Notes: generated by a model not told the origin, from the sequence alone. Counted from the stretch's first letter, positions 11,131-20,842 are shown. The stretch: DNA of 64,000 nucleotides from Candidatus Parcubacteria bacterium (GCA_023142915.1 JAGLIO010000001.1:126-64125); one strand, 5' to 3'. Program-made: numbers and translations.

Positions 11131-11316
11131 GACTTGGCTGATCTTGATTATAACATTAAAGACGCAATCTTTACTTCTTTTCATGTTCCTGCTTATTACT
11201 GTAATTTTGACAGTTTAGTTTCTCCGATTAACAATGAGTTAAAACTGCAATATGCTACCCGCTAAATACCCATCAGACAGCAGCCAGAAAAAAATTATAA
11301 AATTTAAAAAATAAGT

Positions 11317-11383
11317 TGTTGGTTAGGGTGAAATAAGCGATATTTTCAATAAAAAATACCTGTTTTAGCAGGTGTTTTTTGTT
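11317..11383 (+). repeat. clpB 3' end plus terminator, copy B
   Basis: Encodes LVRVK* like the clpB C-terminus, with only synonymous changes, followed by the same hairpin. Confidence 0.85.
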
Positions 11384-11426
11384 TTGATTGGGTAGGATTA
11401 ATAAATTTTATTTTTTGAAATCTAAC

Positions 11427-12071
11427 TCAATTCGATATTTCAAAAATTTTACTAACAAGCTTTGTTCTCGCATAAAAAGCTCTTGTAATTGGTCGCCTTT
11501 CGCCTGTATGAGGATTTATTCCACCTATCCCCTTTGTTCTTGCCTGTACCCATTTACCGTACTTGCCTGTAAGTTTATCGAATCCTTCTTTTATGAGTTT
11601 ACTTCTAATAAAATCATAATCTGATTTTATTTCTAAAATAAGATCATCGTCCTCAGCGAAATCAAGGCTTGTCACTTCAAGAAGTTCGGCGTGTTTTGCG
11701 TCCTGACCATGCCACATAACAGAACAAAAAACCAGAGACTTTAATTTTTCCCAACAATGACTTTTGAAAAATGACGTGATTTTTAATTCTTCCGGATTAA
11801 TCATGGTTATTGCCATTGTTTCTTTTGGTTTTAACTTTCCCCCAACCTCTTTAAAGGCGACTGATTTTAATTCAAAACCAAGCCCATTTGGGGCTTGGGA
11901 ATTATCGTTGCTAAGTCCCGCTAATCTTTCAAGCGTCTGTCCTTTCCAACCTTTATTTTGCTTCCCCGTTTCAAAAGTTGTAATTCCAAAATCAACAGAC
12001 AATTTCATTAAATCTTTACCGATATGTTTTTTTAAATTGCTTATTGCGGTTGCTCTAGTAATTATTTTCAT
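11427..12071 (-). CDS. MutH/Sau3AI-family endonuclease (single domain)
   Basis: NKGWKGQTLE..FELKS..PKETMAIT..DYDFI..QARTKG..RAFYAR parallel the MutH motifs. Confidence 0.85.
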   Translation of the reverse strand: MKIITRATAISNLKKHIGKDLMKLSVDFGITTFETGKQNKGWKGQTLERLAGLSNDNSQAPNGLGFELKSVAFKEVGGKLKPKETMAITMINPEELKITSFFKSHCWEKLKSLVFCSVMWHGQDAKHAELLEVTSLDFAEDDDLILEIKSDYDFIRSKLIKEGFDKLTGKYGKWVQARTKGIGGINPHTGERRPITRAFYARTKLVSKIFEISN

Positions 12072-12120
12072 AAATATAAAAATTTATTTTATTAAAACTA
12101 AGACTTCTTTATTACCAACT

Positions 12121-12954
12121 TTATTTTAAGTTTTTAACATCTTTTTTTATTTCTTTAAACCTTTTAATCGATAAGTCAAGATATTTTTTTTCTAAATCTA
12201 TACCGATAAATTTTCTATTATTTAAAAATGAAGCCATTCCCGTAGTTGATGAGCCGGTAAAAGGATCAAGTACCATATCTCCTTTATTCGTGCTAGCCAT
12301 TACAATTCTGACTAATAAATCTATTGGTTTTTGCGTTGGATGTTTGCCGAATTTCTTTTCTGCTGGCTTTGGTGTTCCCATTGACCAAACACTTCTCATT
12401 TGAAGTCCGGGTTTTTTAATAAAATCCTCTGGCCAATTCCCATTTTTCATTAAATCATAATTAAATTTATGTTTTTGTTTTATTGATTTTCCAGTTCTCT
12501 TGTTTACAAGTTCTTTTCTGGCCCAAATAAGAGTTTCATGACTTGCGGTAAAAAAACGACAACTTAAATTCGGTGAAGCATTTGGCTTAAACCAAGCTAT
12601 ATCATTTAAAATATGGAATTTATTAACTTGCAAAGCAAAGCCACATTGATAAATTGAGTGGTATGTACCAGAAATCCAAATTGTTCCGCCAGGCTTCAGA
12701 ACCCTATGACAAGCCTTAATCCATTCTAAATGAAATTCAAAATTTTTCTTTGTTCCATTGCTTAAATCCCAATCACCTTTTTTAACACTTACCATTTGTC
12801 CGTTTTGGCAAGTAAAACTTCCTGATGAAAGAAAATATGGAGGATCGGCAAAAATCATGTTAATTGAATTTTCTCTGACATTTTCATTTAAAAATTTAAT
12901 TGCGTCAGACAAATATAATGAAAAATCATCTTTTTTAAAATATAATTTCTTCAT
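12121..12954 (-). CDS. Site-specific DNA amino-methyltransferase, beta class, DpnA/M2.MboI-like (probably GATC m6A)
   Basis: IFADPPYFLS..VSV.KGDWD, PNLSCRFFT.SHET.IWA, HPTQKP, DPFTGS motifs closely resemble DpnA. Confidence 0.88.
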   Translation of the reverse strand: MKKLYFKKDDFSLYLSDAIKFLNENVRENSINMIFADPPYFLSSGSFTCQNGQMVSVKKGDWDLSNGTKKNFEFHLEWIKACHRVLKPGGTIWISGTYHSIYQCGFALQVNKFHILNDIAWFKPNASPNLSCRFFTASHETLIWARKELVNKRTGKSIKQKHKFNYDLMKNGNWPEDFIKKPGLQMRSVWSMGTPKPAEKKFGKHPTQKPIDLLVRIVMASTNKGDMVLDPFTGSSTTGMASFLNNRKFIGIDLEKKYLDLSIKRFKEIKKDVKNLK

Positions 12955-13140
12955 AAATATTTTATTGATTTAAGAGTAATTTGCATATACTTATTTTATC
13001 TTTTTTAAAACAAAAGGTCAACTTAAATTTTTACACATCTTAAATACCTTTAATTTTAATTTTGAATAAATTTATTTAAAAAGATACGTCTGCTTTTTTT
13101 ATACTACTTTTACCTTATCTTTAAGTCAACTCGGTTTATT

Positions 13141-13206
13141 TTGTAAAAAAATCCAAACTACTGTATAATTATTAATATCTAATAACTTAAAAACTAATTA
13201 TATATG
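13141..13206 (+). promoter_or_regulatory. Promoter/leader, copy B
   Basis: TTGTAA(13141)-17-TATAAT(13164). Confidence 0.75.
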
Positions 13207-14775
13207 CCAAAAAACATAAAAAAATCCTATTTAATAATCACATGTTTTATTATTTTTGCTTGCTTAAGCGCGGAATCGCTGGCGGCGGTTTTTGATCCTA
13301 ATTATATAATCAGCGATGAAGAGATTTTTGATTCAAGTTCAATGACGCTTTCTGAAATTGACGCTTTTTTGCGCTCTAAAAACGGATACATTTCTAAAAA
13401 TAATCTTTCTGATTATGCTGGGCGAACTAAAACAGCGGCGCAAATTATTTATAATGCGGCGAATAATTATGATTGTGGCAATTCAGATATATTTACTCAC
13501 GCGAATATTCAGGAAAAAGAAAGATTTTGTCAAAAAATTACGATTAATCCCAAATTTTTAATTGTACTTTTACAAAAAGAGCAAAGCCTTATTACAGAGA
13601 CAAGCCCCACGCAAAGACAGCTTGATTGGGCGACCGGTTACGGATGTCCTGATGGCGGAGGATGCAATGACAGATGGGAAGGATTTGGCAAGCAAGTAAA
13701 TTCAGCCGCGCTACAATTTTTTGATTACATGGAAAATCCGCATCACTATACTTATCGCGCCGGAAATACTTATACTATATCAAATACCAATAAACCGGAA
13801 ATGGAAGTTACTCCCCTAAACAAGGCTACGGCAGCGCTCTATAATTATACTCCGCATGTTTATAATGGAAATTATAATTTTTATAAACTATGGATGCGTT
13901 ATTTTACTTTTAGCTACCCTGATAATACCCTTTTGCAAATAAAAGGCGAGCCTGGAGTTTGGCTTATTAAAAACGGAGAGAAGCGCCCGTTTTTAACTAA
14001 AGGCGCGCTAACTTCAAGATATGATTTAAATAAAGTAATTCCGGTTAATAAATCAATCTTAGACCAATACCCAAAAGGAGCCCCGATTAAATTTCCTCAA
14101 TACTCTTTAATACGCAGTCCGCGCGGAACTATTTATTTATTGGTTGACGATAAACGCCGCGGGTTTGAAAACGCGGAAGCTTTCCGTAAAATCGGTTTTA
14201 ATCCGGAAGAACTTTTAGATGCCAGCTGGGAAGATATTAGCGCTTATGAGGAAGGCGTATCTATTACAGCTACTTCAAGCTATCCTACCGGAGCCTTGTT
14301 GCAAGACAGGGTTAGCGGCGGAATTTATTATGTAACCGAAGGCACAAAAGCCCCGCTTTGGGACGCGATTTTATTAAAAACAAAATTCAAATGGAAGTCC
14401 ATCACACAAGAAAGTCCGGAAAAATTAGCCAGCTTTAAAACAGTTGAACCGGCAATATTCAATGACGGCGAACTGTTAAAATCAAATCTTTCTCCGGCCG
14501 TATATGTAATTGACAATAAAAAACGCAGACCCATCACCTCGGGCAAAATTTTTGAAGACTTGGGCTATTCATGGGATAACATTATAAGCGTTCCGGAAAA
14601 AATCCTTAACCTTTACGCCGAAGGCGACGCAGTTAAAGAAATTTTTACAGAAGATATCATTGACACCGACAGCGCAACCTCCACTGACCCAATTTTAGCC
14701 TCAAGCACGCCGGACATTGCCACGGGAACCGATGAAACATTGGAAGACGAAATTAATAATATATTAAATCCTTAA
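13204..14775 (+). CDS. Secreted protein with a putative lysozyme-like/cell-wall hydrolase domain and C-terminal surface repeats
   Basis: Signal peptide; INPK.LIVLLQKEQSLI, ATGYGCPD, ATAALYNYTPH motifs; four repeats of G.LL....VY.I.NG.KR; acidic tail. Confidence 0.55.
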   Translation: MPKNIKKSYLIITCFIIFACLSAESLAAVFDPNYIISDEEIFDSSSMTLSEIDAFLRSKNGYISKNNLSDYAGRTKTAAQIIYNAANNYDCGNSDIFTHANIQEKERFCQKITINPKFLIVLLQKEQSLITETSPTQRQLDWATGYGCPDGGGCNDRWEGFGKQVNSAALQFFDYMENPHHYTYRAGNTYTISNTNKPEMEVTPLNKATAALYNYTPHVYNGNYNFYKLWMRYFTFSYPDNTLLQIKGEPGVWLIKNGEKRPFLTKGALTSRYDLNKVIPVNKSILDQYPKGAPIKFPQYSLIRSPRGTIYLLVDDKRRGFENAEAFRKIGFNPEELLDASWEDISAYEEGVSITATSSYPTGALLQDRVSGGIYYVTEGTKAPLWDAILLKTKFKWKSITQESPEKLASFKTVEPAIFNDGELLKSNLSPAVYVIDNKKRRPITSGKIFEDLGYSWDNIISVPEKILNLYAEGDAVKEIFTEDIIDTDSATSTDPILASSTPDIATGTDETLEDEINNILNP

Positions 14776-14778
14776 AAT

Positions 14779-15570
14779 ATGCCTTTAGTATTTTCAGCCA
14801 TAGTCCCCCACCCTCCGATTTTAATTCCAGCGATTGGAAAAAATCATATTAAGCAATTAAAAGCGACTGTAAATTCGTATGAAAAACTAAAAAATAAGTT
14901 AAGCGAAAAAAAGATTGATACAATCATTATTATTTCTCCGCACGGAAAAGCCCATAATGACGCTTTTACAATTAATTTTAATCCAAAATTAGTATGCGAT
15001 TTTAAAGATTTCGGAGATTTTTCCACGCAAAAAACCTGGGACTTGGATATTGAATTAGCTTACAAAATTAAAGAGGGGCTTGAAACAGATATTCCGCTCC
15101 AGCTTAACACCGATGAATTTTTAGACCATGGATCAGCGGTTCCTTTGCATATTCTTACTGAAAATTTGGAAAATATAAAAATAATTCCCATTCATCATTC
15201 CGGACTCAGCTTGGAAGAACATTTAAATTTTGGAGAAAAACTTAAAACTCAAATTTTTGTCAGTAATAAAAATATCGCCGTGATTGCCTCAGGCGATCTT
15301 TCACATGCGTTAGCAAAAGACTCCCCCGCGGGGTACTCGCCTAAAGGCAAAAAATTTGACAAAAAAATCATAGAATTATTAAGCGCGAAAAAAATTGACG
15401 GAATCTTAAATCTTAATCCGAAATTTATAGACGACGCCAAGGAATGCGGCTTGCGTCCGTTTTTAATCCAACAGGGAATATTAAAAAATGTTAATTACAA
15501 AACAAAAACGCTTTCTTATGAAGCGCCTTTTGGTGTCGGATATTTGGTTATGGATTTTGAAATTAATTGA
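14779..15570 (+). CDS. MEMO1/AmmeMemoRadiSam protein B (class III extradiol dioxygenase-like fold)
   Basis: PHPPILIP, ISPH, LDHG, IASGDLSH, ECG, YEAPFGVGY motifs. Confidence 0.85.
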   Translation: MPLVFSAIVPHPPILIPAIGKNHIKQLKATVNSYEKLKNKLSEKKIDTIIIISPHGKAHNDAFTINFNPKLVCDFKDFGDFSTQKTWDLDIELAYKIKEGLETDIPLQLNTDEFLDHGSAVPLHILTENLENIKIIPIHHSGLSLEEHLNFGEKLKTQIFVSNKNIAVIASGDLSHALAKDSPAGYSPKGKKFDKKIIELLSAKKIDGILNLNPKFIDDAKECGLRPFLIQQGILKNVNYKTKTLSYEAPFGVGYLVMDFEIN

Positions 15571-15622
15571 ACATAATGCGAATACTGCAAATTTTATCCA
15601 AATACTACAAATTAAAAATAAT

Positions 15623-15886
15623 TTATTCTTTACCGCTTATAATTTTAAAAAAATATTTCCACTTATCTCCAGTTTTACATAATTCCTTTGTATCATTTAA
15701 AACTTGCAAAATAAAATTTTTAGGAAATTGCTTGCATGCCTTAAAAACTGAACTTCTCTTATTTGCCGGAATTTTTAATTCTTCAATAATTTGCAAAGCC
15801 AGCTCCTGCCATTCATAAGCCGGAGTTTTTTTAGTTTTTCTTATTTTTAGTATATCGCCTATTTCCGCGAATTTTTCATTTTTCAT
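15623..15886 (-). CDS. Hypothetical protein
   Basis: 87-aa ORF immediately downstream of the repeat-protein gene, same strand. Confidence 0.7.
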   Translation of the reverse strand: MKNEKFAEIGDILKIRKTKKTPAYEWQELALQIIEELKIPANKRSSVFKACKQFPKNFILQVLNDTKELCKTGDKWKYFFKIISGKE

Positions 15887-15890
15887 CTAT

Positions 15891-16919
15891 CTAATTTTTT
15901 AAATAAATATCTTTAATTTCTTCTAAAATTTTATTATTTTTAGTCTTTTTGTATTGCTCCGCGTAATCCTTTAAAGTCGGGATATAGCGGATAATAAAAT
16001 CAATTTCATCGTCTGTCGGATTGTTTTTTATAAATTTTTTCCAAGCTTCCACCCGCAAAGACTCAACATCTTTTATAATAAAACAATAATCATTATTTGT
16101 CGGTTCCTGCTCTAATAATTTTTTCCATGCCCTGCCTCTTAATCCTTTAACACGCTTTAATATAAAACGCAAGTCTTCATTAGAGGGATTATTTTTACAA
16201 AATTCCTCCCATGCCTGTTCGCGCAAAGACTCAACGTCTTTCATTATAAAACACAAATCATTGTTGCTTGGATTTTGCTCTAAAAGAGTTTCCCACGCGC
16301 GCTGCCTAAAATCAGGCGCCTGAGTTATTATTTTTCTTATTATATCATTTGACTGCCTTAATTTAAGCGTTAATTTCCAAGCATCCTCTCTAAGCTCTTT
16401 AACATATTTAATTATATACAACAAATTATCAATATCCGGATTCATTTTCGCGAGCCTTTTCCATGCGTCTAACCTTAATGGCTCAATAAATTTAATTATA
16501 TATATCAAATCATTTTCACTGGGCTTTTGTTTTTTTAATTTTTTCCAAGCCTTTTTTCTTAACGGCTCAACATATCGCGCGATATCGCGCAATTCAAAAT
16601 TAGTCGGTTTTTGTTTTAAAAATTTTTTCCAAGCCTCAGCTCTTAACGGTTTAACATATTCAATAATATTTTTTAATTCAAAATTTGAAATTTTATTTTT
16701 CTTCAATTCTTCCCAAAATTCTTTCTGCAAATCACCGTCAATAAATTCAATTAAAAACCGCAAATCTTCGTTAGTGGGACTGCCTTTTTTTAATTCTTGC
16801 CAAACCTCATTTCTTAATTCTGGCACTTCTTTAATTAATTCGCACAATTCCCTATTTGTCGCGCCGCTAACTTTTAATTTCTCCCACAAAGCCCTGACTT
16901 TTTTTAATTTCTCTTCCAT
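15891..16919 (-). CDS. 28-aa tryptophan tandem-repeat (alpha-solenoid-like) protein
   Basis: 11 repeats of W..L....P[ST]N.DL..II..V..LR..A. Confidence 0.85.
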   Translation of the reverse strand: MEEKLKKVRALWEKLKVSGATNRELCELIKEVPELRNEVWQELKKGSPTNEDLRFLIEFIDGDLQKEFWEELKKNKISNFELKNIIEYVKPLRAEAWKKFLKQKPTNFELRDIARYVEPLRKKAWKKLKKQKPSENDLIYIIKFIEPLRLDAWKRLAKMNPDIDNLLYIIKYVKELREDAWKLTLKLRQSNDIIRKIITQAPDFRQRAWETLLEQNPSNNDLCFIMKDVESLREQAWEEFCKNNPSNEDLRFILKRVKGLRGRAWKKLLEQEPTNNDYCFIIKDVESLRVEAWKKFIKNNPTDDEIDFIIRYIPTLKDYAEQYKKTKNNKILEEIKDIYLKN

Positions 16920-17044
16920 TTTTTTGTATTGATGTGTTATATTTATATTATATCAGTAATATGTGATTTTAAAAAGGAGTTTAGAGAAATTGACTTATTT
17001 TTTCTTAATTGGTAATATAAAACAAAGCAATTAACTACAAAATT

Positions 17045-17263
17045 ATGCGTAAAATAGATTTAAAATCAGTTATTTGGAAGGAGAATAACTATTATATTTC
17101 TCAGTGTTTGGAAGTGGATGTTTCCAGTTTTGGCAAAACTAGAAAAGAATCCCTTGCCAATCTTCAAGATGCCTTAGAATTATATTTTGAAGATGTGCCT
17201 CTTCCACAGAAGATAGAAGTTAAAAACCCTGTTATTACTTCTGTAAAATTCCAACATGCCTAG
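17045..17263 (+). CDS. hicB: HicB-family antitoxin
   Basis: VIWKENNYYISQC.EVDVSSFGKTRKESLANLQDALELYFE; promoter TTGACT-17-TAATAT at 16990-17018. Confidence 0.85.
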   Translation: MRKIDLKSVIWKENNYYISQCLEVDVSSFGKTRKESLANLQDALELYFEDVPLPQKIEVKNPVITSVKFQHA

Positions 17264-17480
17264 TCCAATCTCATTTAGACTTATTCTTAAAATCCTTAAA
17301 AAAAGAGGTTTCTTTTTTGTTTCTCAAACAGGTTCACATGCTAAATATCGTAAATTGGGGAACCCAACCATAAATGTTATTGTTCCAATTCACGAAAAAG
17401 AAGTACGTTATGGTACATTCAGGTCTATTTTACGCCAATCCAAATTAAAAGAGAACGATTTTAAAAAAAGAAAAAATTAA
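17256..17480 (+). CDS. hicA: HicA-family mRNA interferase toxin
   Basis: GF..VSQTGSHAKY..VIVPIH..GTFRSILRQS. Confidence 0.88.
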   Translation: MPSPISFRLILKILKKRGFFFVSQTGSHAKYRKLGNPTINVIVPIHEKEVRYGTFRSILRQSKLKENDFKKRKN

Positions 17481-17488
17481 TTTTTTAT

Positions 17489-17956
17489 ATGCCAAAACTA
17501 CTTAAAATAATAACCCATCCAAACGATATTTTACAAAAAAAATCGCAAGAAATTTCGCGAGAAACTATCAAATCAAAAGAATTTCAGATTTTATGCGATG
17601 ATATGTTTGAGACCATGATAAAAAAAGATGGAATCGGCTTGGCTGCGCCGCAAATCGGCAAGAATATTTGCTTGTCAGTAATAAATTCTAGAGAAGAGCC
17701 GCTTTACATAATTAATCCGCGAATAATCAAAAAATCATGGTCAAAAGAATGGGGAGAAGAGGGTTGTTTATCTGTGCCTAATGTTTTTGGCAAAGTAAAA
17801 AGAAATTCAAAAATAACCTGTGTTTACATTGACAGAAACGGAAAAAAAATAAAAATAAGCCCGAAGGGCTTAATGGCAAGGGTATTCCAACATGAAATAG
17901 ACCACTTGGATGGAATTTTATTTATTGAAAAAGCAAAGAATATTAAAAATAATTAA
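17489..17956 (+). CDS. def: Peptide deformylase
   Basis: GIGLAAPQIG, EGCLS, QHEIDHLDG motifs. Confidence 0.97.
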   Translation: MPKLLKIITHPNDILQKKSQEISRETIKSKEFQILCDDMFETMIKKDGIGLAAPQIGKNICLSVINSREEPLYIINPRIIKKSWSKEWGEEGCLSVPNVFGKVKRNSKITCVYIDRNGKKIKISPKGLMARVFQHEIDHLDGILFIEKAKNIKNN

Positions 17957-17974
17957 ATATTTTATCAAAACCGA

Positions 17975-18601
17975 TTATTGTTTAATCGATTTTTTATTTA
18001 AAATCTTTTTAATAAAAACATATAAAACTATTAAAGCAAACAAAGAAATACAAATTATTTTTATGTTTTTATAAAAATAATGCATAAGCTCTTCGTTGGC
18101 GCCAAAAACATAGCCGAGAATTGCCAAAATAATTATCCATGTAGATGAGCCTAAAAATGTAAAAAATAAAAAATTTCTAATTTTCATTTTTGAAAAACCG
18201 GCCGGGATTGAAATTAATTGCCTGACAGCGGGAACTAAGCGACAAACAAATGTGGAAATATTTCCGTATTTTAAAAAATATTTTTCAGCGCGTTCAATTT
18301 TTTTCGGAGTAACTAAAAATAATTTTGCCGTTTTTGTTTCTGCCAAAGAAAAAACAACTTTTCTACCCAAAGTCAAAGCCAAGTAATAATTAATCAAAGC
18401 GCCGATTAAACTGCCTAGAATTCCAAATAGCACGACTAAATAAATATTAAATTCGCCTTGCGCCGCTAAAAAAGCCGCAGGCGGTATTACCACTTCCGAG
18501 GGAAAAGGAATAAATGAGCTTTCAATTGCCATTAAAAAAATAATGCCAAAATAGCCGATTATCTCGCTGAATTCAAGCAGTAAATTTACAAAATCCATCA
18601 T
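17975..18601 (-). CDS. dedA: DedA family membrane protein
   Basis: MAIESSFIPFPSE, RLVPAVRQLISIPAG motifs. Confidence 0.92.
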   Translation of the reverse strand: MMDFVNLLLEFSEIIGYFGIIFLMAIESSFIPFPSEVVIPPAAFLAAQGEFNIYLVVLFGILGSLIGALINYYLALTLGRKVVFSLAETKTAKLFLVTPKKIERAEKYFLKYGNISTFVCRLVPAVRQLISIPAGFSKMKIRNFLFFTFLGSSTWIIILAILGYVFGANEELMHYFYKNIKIICISLFALIVLYVFIKKILNKKSIKQ

Positions 18602-19014
18602 AGAAGTTTTGCGTTATCCATGGCAATATTTGCCAATTTGTCCGCCTCTTTATTAAACTCCCGGCGAATATGCGTAAAAGTAACTTTTTTATATTTAAAC
18701 ATATTATTATATATTTTCACAAACAAAGGCGCCAAACCTTTGTTTTTTACTTTATACTCGCGGTTTAGCTGTTTTACAACCAATTCGCTATCCAGAAAAA
18801 AATTAATTTCATCAACTTCATATTTGATAATCAGTTCCATCGCGACAATAACAGCCCTATACTCCGCCTGATTATTAGTAGCCTCGCCAATATATTCTGA
18901 TTTAGTATCAATAATATTATCTTTTTCATCATAAACAACCACCCCAACCCCAGCCGGTCCTGGATTACCCCGCGCTCCCCCGTCAGTGTAAATTTTAATT
19001 TTTTTATGCTTCAT
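18598..19014 (-). CDS. rnhA: Ribonuclease HI
   Basis: YTDGGARGNPG, ATNNQAEY, DSELVVKQ, NKEADKLAN; ATG at 19014 preferred. Confidence 0.93.
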   Translation of the reverse strand: MKHKKIKIYTDGGARGNPGPAGVGVVVYDEKDNIIDTKSEYIGEATNNQAEYRAVIVAMELIIKYEVDEINFFLDSELVVKQLNREYKVKNKGLAPLFVKIYNNMFKYKKVTFTHIRREFNKEADKLANIAMDNAKLL

Positions 19015-20758
19015 ATTTTTTAATATCAATCACCTTCAACTGCACCTCGCTGCGGCCGTTAAACACATTCAAATCCAAATTATACACAATATTAATATTA
19101 TCATTTATCGCGAAATCTTTCCACTTTTCAGCGCCGTTAAAACTGATTGCGTTTATAAAACCTGATTTGTCATTTTTTAATTTAAACTTGATATGCTGTC
19201 CATCCATCCCCATTGTTGTGATATCAAATATTCTAATATTCTCGCTTAAAAAAACTGACCGTTCATTTCCTTGTCCATAAGGAGCAAGCGCGCTTATTTT
19301 TTCATATAAATCTTCATTTATTTCTTCAAAATTCAAAATCGCGTCAATTTTAACTATCGGTTTCATCATGTCTTGCGTAATTTCTTTTTTGGCGATATTT
19401 TTAATTTTATCAATAAAATTATTTAAATTTTTTTCAGAAAAACTAAAACCGCAAGCTTGCGGATGTCCGCCGTATTTATCCAAAAAACTTCCACATTGTT
19501 CAACAGCTTGAATTAAATTAAAACATGGAATGCTTCTGCCAGAGCCTTTATAGCCATTTTCCGTTTTGGTAATTACCAGAGAAGGGCGAAAATATTTGTT
19601 AGCTATTTTTCCTGCAACCAAGCCAACCACGCCCTCATTCCAAGCGGTTTCTTTCTTTGATTTATTATTTTCCAAATCATAAACACCGATTAATATATTA
19701 TCATCTTTAATATTAATTTGTTCTTCCACTTCTAAAAATATTTTATCAGTAATTTGCTGTCTTTCTTGATTGCTGTTATTTAATTCTTGCGCTAATTTTT
19801 TTGCCTCATCCGAATCTTTGGTAATTAACAACTGATAAGCTGTATTAGCATGGTCAAGCCGGCCAGCCGCGTTTAACCTTGGAGCAATTTGAAAACCGAT
19901 ATTCCAAGTATCAATTTTATTATTGTTATTTATTTTTGCTATTTCATAAAGCGAGCTTAAGCCTATTCTTTTAACATTACTTAAAACTTCAAGTCCCTTT
20001 TTAACCAAAATTCTATTTTCTCCGGTTAATCTTACGCAATCCGCGACTGTGCCAATCGCTACCAGATCCAATAGTCTATAACTTAAATTTTGCTTGTCTT
20101 CTTCGGAAAGTTTTGAACTGTCAATCAGCGCTTTGGCAAATTTAAACGCGACTCCCGCGCCAGACAAAAAATTATCAGGATATTTATCCGCGATAATTGC
20201 CGTGTTGATAATCAGGCATTCGGGATATTCGCTTAATTCATTTGGCGGAACATGGTGATCAGTAACAATAACATCAATCCCAAGTTCTTTCGCGTAAGCG
20301 ATTTCTTTTTTACTTCTTATGCCGGTATCCACAGTAATAATCAATTTTGTATCATTTTTTGCAATCAAATCAACGGCTTGCCTGTTTACTCCGTAGCCTT
20401 CTTTTACACGATGCGGGATATAAACCTCAACGTCAGCTTTAAAAAGCCTGAGAAGTTCAACCAGAATCGCAGAAGAGGTTACACCATCAGCATCATAATC
20501 ACCGTATATTGTTATTTTGTTTCCTTTTTTAATATGGTCAATCGTCAAATCAACCGCCTGCTTCATATCTTGAAATAAAAAAGGATCATGCGAATTTTTT
20601 TCATAACCCCCTTCTAAAAAGTTTTTAATTTTCTCTTTTTCTGTTATACCGCGATTATATAATAATTGCAAAACCAACGGAAAATATTCCGGATATTCAC
20701 TAATTATTTCTTTTTTAATATTAGGCAAAACTTGCCACTTTTTTTGCTTGCTTGACAT
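19004..20758 (-). CDS. recJ: ssDNA-specific exonuclease RecJ
   Basis: YGDYDADG, TVDTG, TDHH, GTVAD, PRLNAAGR, GSGRS, GGHPQACG motifs. Confidence 0.96.
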   Translation of the reverse strand: MSSKQKKWQVLPNIKKEIISEYPEYFPLVLQLLYNRGITEKEKIKNFLEGGYEKNSHDPFLFQDMKQAVDLTIDHIKKGNKITIYGDYDADGVTSSAILVELLRLFKADVEVYIPHRVKEGYGVNRQAVDLIAKNDTKLIITVDTGIRSKKEIAYAKELGIDVIVTDHHVPPNELSEYPECLIINTAIIADKYPDNFLSGAGVAFKFAKALIDSSKLSEEDKQNLSYRLLDLVAIGTVADCVRLTGENRILVKKGLEVLSNVKRIGLSSLYEIAKINNNNKIDTWNIGFQIAPRLNAAGRLDHANTAYQLLITKDSDEAKKLAQELNNSNQERQQITDKIFLEVEEQINIKDDNILIGVYDLENNKSKKETAWNEGVVGLVAGKIANKYFRPSLVITKTENGYKGSGRSIPCFNLIQAVEQCGSFLDKYGGHPQACGFSFSEKNLNNFIDKIKNIAKKEITQDMMKPIVKIDAILNFEEINEDLYEKISALAPYGQGNERSVFLSENIRIFDITTMGMDGQHIKFKLKNDKSGFINAISFNGAEKWKDFAINDNINIVYNLDLNVFNGRSEVQLKVIDIKKYEA

Positions 20759-20842
20759 ATTTTATTTACTATGCTATCAATATTATTATAAACAACTCGT
20801 TCTTCTTAAAAAATAATTAAATGAAAAACAAGGAGGTGCAAA

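Noticed and set aside
8070-13360. Prophage, integron or composite transposon explanation for the defence cluster
   Set aside because: No integrase or transposase, attC-like sites or terminal inverted repeats recognised
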